Source of the DNA: Clostridia bacterium
Lineage (GTDB): Bacteria; Bacillota; Clostridia; Christensenellales; Aristaeellaceae
Length of the DNA stretch: 32,000 bases
Assembly: GCA_045599485.1 (NCBI GenBank)
Contig: JAZRWA010000040.1
Location: 1 to 32,000 of the forward strand
Direction of reading: 5' to 3'
Made by a program: the position numbers and the translations under genes. Positions 28,848-32,000 of the stretch are shown piece after piece; the stretch's first letter is position 1, and every line of letters begins with the position of its first letter. Under the pieces are notes generated by a model. That model was not told the origin of the DNA. It worked only from the letters and a program-made list of their open reading frames with translations, and ran no database searches.

Positions 28848-30200
28848 TCAGTTGCGGAGACTGTGCAGCGGGGCGGGAATGCGTCCGCCGCGGCGTACAA
28901 AATCGGCGCTGCTGAAGGGATGCACGGGGATGATGGGGGCATGACCCAGCAGACCGCCAAATTCGGCCTCGTCGCCCACCTTGGCACCGGGCACGGGAAT
29001 GACGCGCACGGCGACCGTTTTGTTGTTGATCATGCCGATGGCGGATTCATCGGCGATGATGGCGGCGATGGTCTCCTTGGTGGTGTCGCCGGGGATGGCG
29101 ATCATATCCAGACCCACGGAGCAGACACAGGTCATGGCTTCCAGCTTGTCCAGTGTGAGGGCGCCCTTTTCGGCGGCAGCGATCATGCCGATATCCTCGC
29201 TGACGGGGATGAAGGCACCGCTGAGGCCGCCCACATGGGAGGACGCCATGACGCCGCCTTTTTTGACCGCGTCGTTGAGCAGCGCCAGCGCGGCAGTGGT
29301 GCCGTGGGTGCCGCAGGCTTCCAGACCCATTTCTTCCAGAATGGCGGCCACCGAGTCACCGACAGAGGGCGTAGGCGCGAGGGAAAGATCGACGATGCCG
29401 AAGGGCACACCCAGACGGCGGCTTGCCTCCATGGCCACCAGCTGACCCACGCGGGTCACGCGGAAGGCCGTGCGCTTGATGGTTTCGGCCACGATATCAA
29501 AGGGCTCGCCGCGAACGCCCTCCAGCGCGGTCTTGACCACGCCGGGGCCCGAAACACCCACGTTGATGGCGCAGTCGCCTTCGCCCGGACCGTGGAACGC
29601 GCCCGCCATGAAGGGGTTATCATCCACCGCGTTGCAGAAGACCCCCAGCTTGGCGCAGCCGAGGGCACCGCAATCGGCCGTTTTTTCGGCGGTCTGCTTG
29701 ACGATATCGCCCATGAGCGCCACAGCGTCCATATCGATGCCCGCCTTGGTGGAGCCGACGTTGACGGAGGAGCACAGATACTCGGTGGTGCTCAGCGCTT
29801 CGGGAATGGAGAGCATGAGGCGCTTATCCGCCTCGGTCATGCCCTTCTGCGCAAGCGCCGAATAGCCGCCGATGAAATTGACGCCCGTGTTGCGCGCCGC
29901 ACGGTCCAGGGCGAGCGCCAGCTTTTCGGGGTGACGGATGCCGCCCGTGATCAGCGCCGCGGGAGTGACCGAAATGCGCTTGTTGACGATGGGCACACCG
30001 AATTCCTTTTCGATCTCCTCACCCGTGCTGACCAGCTTGGCAGCGCAGGTGGTGATGTGATCGTACACCTTGTCGCACAGGCGTTTTTCATCATCGGAAA
30101 CACAGCCGAAAAGCGAGATGCCCATGGTAATGGTGCGCACATCCAGCTTTTCGCGGTCGATCATATGCAGCGTGGACAGAATCTCGGAAGTGGTCAGCAT
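28848..30200 (-). CDS. UPF0210 / PFL-like (DUF711) family protein
   Basis: 450 aa. The N-terminus is [30 protein letters not shown]. The length and the pairing with an upstream ACT-domain gene are characteristic of the UPF0237-UPF0210 operon. RBS is aggaggga. Confidence 0.8.
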   Translation of the reverse strand: MLTTSEILSTLHMIDREKLDVRTITMGISLFGCVSDDEKRLCDKVYDHITTCAAKLVSTGEEIEKEFGVPIVNKRISVTPAALITGGIRHPEKLALALDRAARNTGVNFIGGYSALAQKGMTEADKRLMLSIPEALSTTEYLCSSVNVGSTKAGIDMDAVALMGDIVKQTAEKTADCGALGCAKLGVFCNAVDDNPFMAGAFHGPGEGDCAINVGVSGPGVVKTALEGVRGEPFDIVAETIKRTAFRVTRVGQLVAMEASRRLGVPFGIVDLSLAPTPSVGDSVAAILEEMGLEACGTHGTTAALALLNDAVKKGGVMASSHVGGLSGAFIPVSEDIGMIAAAEKGALTLDKLEAMTCVCSVGLDMIAIPGDTTKETIAAIIADESAIGMINNKTVAVRVIPVPGAKVGDEAEFGGLLGHAPIIPVHPFSSADFVRRGGRIPAPLHSLRN

Positions 30201-30214
30201 GGCTTTCTCCCTCC

Positions 30215-30490
30215 TCAGATCTGGTGCATCGCTTCAAAGATCTCGCTGCGCTGAATGCGGATCTGCAGACCCATCTCGCGGCCGAGTGCCGTCAGATCGG
30301 CCTCCAGCTGTTCGAAGGCCACGTGGGTGATGTCCACGATCATGATCATATGAAAGTAATCAGAACGGACGGTCTGAGAAATATCCAGAATATTGGTATC
30401 GTTTCGATACAGGACATTGCTGACGCGGGCGATGATGCCCTTGCAGTCAATGCCCAGCACGGTGACAACGGCTTTTTTCATCTCTTCCAT
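30215..30490 (-). CDS. ACT-domain protein (UPF0237 family)
   Basis: 91 aa with [33 protein letters not shown]...FHMIMIVD. It lies immediately upstream of the UPF0210 gene. The start could be the second ATG (M4). Confidence 0.78.
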   Translation of the reverse strand: MEEMKKAVVTVLGIDCKGIIARVSNVLYRNDTNILDISQTVRSDYFHMIMIVDITHVAFEQLEADLTALGREMGLQIRIQRSEIFEAMHQI

Positions 30491-30527
30491 TGCGGAAAAC
30501 CTGCCTTTTTTGCGGATTTACCGTTGC

Positions 30528-30578
30528 ATTGTAAGCTATTTGCGGTTTATTGTCAATGGATGCAGACCGTGATATAAT
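30528..30578. promoter_or_regulatory. Back-to-back divergent promoters with overlapping -35 elements
   Basis: Plus strand reads TTGTCA (30550-30555), 17 nt, TATAAT (30573-30578) for the isomerase gene. Minus strand reads TTGACA (30556-30551), 17 nt, TACAAT (30533-30528) for the ACT gene. Both -35 hexamers lie within ttgtcaa. Confidence 0.55.
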
Positions 30579-30613
30579 GACCGATAACGATAAAAAGAAA
30601 GCGGGCGAAGCGC

Positions 30614-31501
30614 ATGATTCCACAGCTGGGACTGTATCCCATCGAGCGGGAGGGGCTGTCCATCGCCGAAAACCTGCACATTGTCAGGACGGCGGGGTTT
30701 GATTATGTTTGTGTTCACAAAATGGCGCATCTGACCGCGGAAGGGCCGCAGAGCTTCCGCGCCGCGGCGGAGCGGGAGGGGCTGCCCATTGACAACATTC
30801 ATCTGACGGGCGACAACACCAACGCGCTCTGGCTGGAAGGTGTACTCGGAGACGAGGTGCTGGACCGATACTGCTGTGAAATTGAGACCGCGGCCCGTCT
30901 GGGCGTGCGCGTGGGCATTGTGCATGCCACCTGGGGCTTTGTCACGCCGCCGCCCTCCGAAACGGGGCTGCGCCGCTACGAGCACATGGTGCGCTGCGCG
31001 GAAAAGGCGGGCTTTACCATCGCATTTGAAAACTCCGCGGGAGTGGAGAACCTCTGCACTCTCCTGGACAACATCGACTCCCCCGCCGCCCGCTTTTGCT
31101 ATGACAGCGGCCACAACCATGTATTTTCACCGGGCAGCGATATTTTGCACCGCTATCGGGACCGGCTTGCCGTCACGCATCTGGATGACAACGACGGACG
31201 GCATGACCTGCACCTGATCCCCTTTGACGGCTGCGCCGATTTTGACGCGATTGCCCCCGACCTGAAGCGCATTCCGCGGCTGACGTTTGAGGTGTGCGGC
31301 ACCGGCGAGAAGCAGACGCGCTGCAATGCAGAAGGGCTTCGGGACAGCATGCGCCGCATCGCCATCCTCAACGATGAACGTCTGACGGAGATCGGCTGCG
31401 GCAGGTACCGTTTCTACGCCGCGCTCTCGCATGAGGAACATTTGGACCGCCTGATGACCGCTGCCCGGAAGCTGCGAAGCCGCATTGAAGGCGCGCCGTA
31501 A
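30614..31501 (+). CDS. Xylose-isomerase-like TIM-barrel protein (sugar phosphate isomerase/epimerase family)
   Basis: 295 aa. Family-typical segments are ...VGIVHATWG..., ...FTIAFENSAG..., ...FCYDSGHN..., ...AVTHLDDNDG.... The RBS is weak. Confidence 0.7.
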   Translation: MIPQLGLYPIEREGLSIAENLHIVRTAGFDYVCVHKMAHLTAEGPQSFRAAAEREGLPIDNIHLTGDNTNALWLEGVLGDEVLDRYCCEIETAARLGVRVGIVHATWGFVTPPPSETGLRRYEHMVRCAEKAGFTIAFENSAGVENLCTLLDNIDSPAARFCYDSGHNHVFSPGSDILHRYRDRLAVTHLDDNDGRHDLHLIPFDGCADFDAIAPDLKRIPRLTFEVCGTGEKQTRCNAEGLRDSMRRIAILNDERLTEIGCGRYRFYAALSHEEHLDRLMTAARKLRSRIEGAP

Positions 31502-31520
31502 ACGCAAAAATGCGCAACAA

Positions 31521-31549
31521 AAAACCGCCCTTCGGCGGTCTTTTGTTTT
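31521..31549 (+). terminator. Intrinsic terminator of the isomerase gene
   Basis: accgcc-cttc-ggcggt followed by cttttgtttt. Confidence 0.75.
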
Positions 31550-31666
31550 GGCACAACAGATTGATATTGATACAATCCGCCGCAGGTTCACCCGTACCCA
31601 TCACAGAAAGCGACTTGACTTCTGCTCCTTTCAGAACTAAGCTCGCCACCCGAAGGAAGTGATCGT

Positions 31667-31753
31667 ATGTCCGGAAAGAAGAAACCAACCGTACTCATGG
31701 GTGGCGAAGAACTCCGCACTACCATGGATGATCTGATTGGTCGTTCCGACTAA
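31667..31753 (+). CDS. Possible 28-aa micro-ORF (MSGKKKPTVLMGGEELRTTMDDLIGRSD) in the low-GC terminal segment
   Basis: ATG preceded by gaaggaag. A candidate promoter is TTGACT (31615-31620), 17 nt, TAAGCT (31638-31643). I recognise no homology and it is too short to be sure. Confidence 0.2.
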   Translation: MSGKKKPTVLMGGEELRTTMDDLIGRSD

Positions 31754-31757
31754 GTAA

Positions 31758-32000
31758 TCAGTCGGGTTTGTACAGATGAAAGCCATGTTCTCTTGAACAG
31801 GAAGGCCCTTTCGGGGTCTTTCCTGCCCAATCTCTTTCACTTTTGACTTTATCAAACAGGCGGAGAATATTCTGGCATTTAGCCTGCACATCCGCTCCAA
31901 GTTTCGGGCTGCACATATCCTGCCGAACGCTTTCACGTTCTTTCTCCCACATGCTATCCGATAAACCTTTGATCCATTCGAGGCTGTATTTTTCCGGAGG
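31758..32000 (-). CDS. 3' end of a minus-strand CDS continuing beyond the window, in lower-GC DNA. Function unknown.
   Basis: Frame is open from the window edge to TGA at 31758-31760 (...PPEKYSLEWIKGLSDSMWEKERESVRQDM...KCQNILRLFDKVKSERDW...). A hairpin at about 31797-31826 lies inside the last 25 codons, so the true 3' end is uncertain. Confidence 0.35.
   Translation of the reverse strand, partial: PPEKYSLEWIKGLSDSMWEKERESVRQDMCSPKLGADVQAKCQNILRLFDKVKSERDWAGKTPKGPSCSREHGFHLYKPD

Overview
About 60% GC chromosomal segment with Gram-positive (Clostridia-like) signals: near-consensus TTGACA-17-TATAAT promoters, GGAGG ribosome-binding sites and hairpin plus T-run terminators. The content is mostly housekeeping. 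It includes gyrB-gyrA, an AEC transporter with degV, tRNA-Thr/tRNA-Pro, and a phosphate module (Na/Pi cotransporter with PhoU-like tail, OmpR-type regulator, PhoR-like kinase). It also includes an IlvD-family dehydratase, rubrerythrin, a secreted M28 peptidase, a GH32 plus GH13 sucrose-type pair, htpG, a repeat-domain surface protein, lspA-rluD, guaB, tRNA-Leu, a GGDEF cyclase, the UPF0237/UPF0210 pair and a TIM-barrel sugar isomerase. I see no CRISPR array, rRNA, transposase or recognisable defence island. Four things are not ordinary. (1) Three otherwise intact genes each carry exactly one in-frame stop, always TAG, while TAG ends only 1 of about 24 genes. (2) A roughly 180-220 bp nested-palindrome intergenic repeat occurs three times, with stems that covary, and two copies bracket the surface-protein gene. 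(3) A roughly 350 nt leader with mutually exclusive terminator and antiterminator hairpins lies upstream of the M28 peptidase, and I cannot assign it to a riboswitch class. (4) GC drops to roughly 48% over the last ~400 bp, which may be the edge of foreign DNA. Long antisense ORFs in the track are high-GC shadow ORFs.
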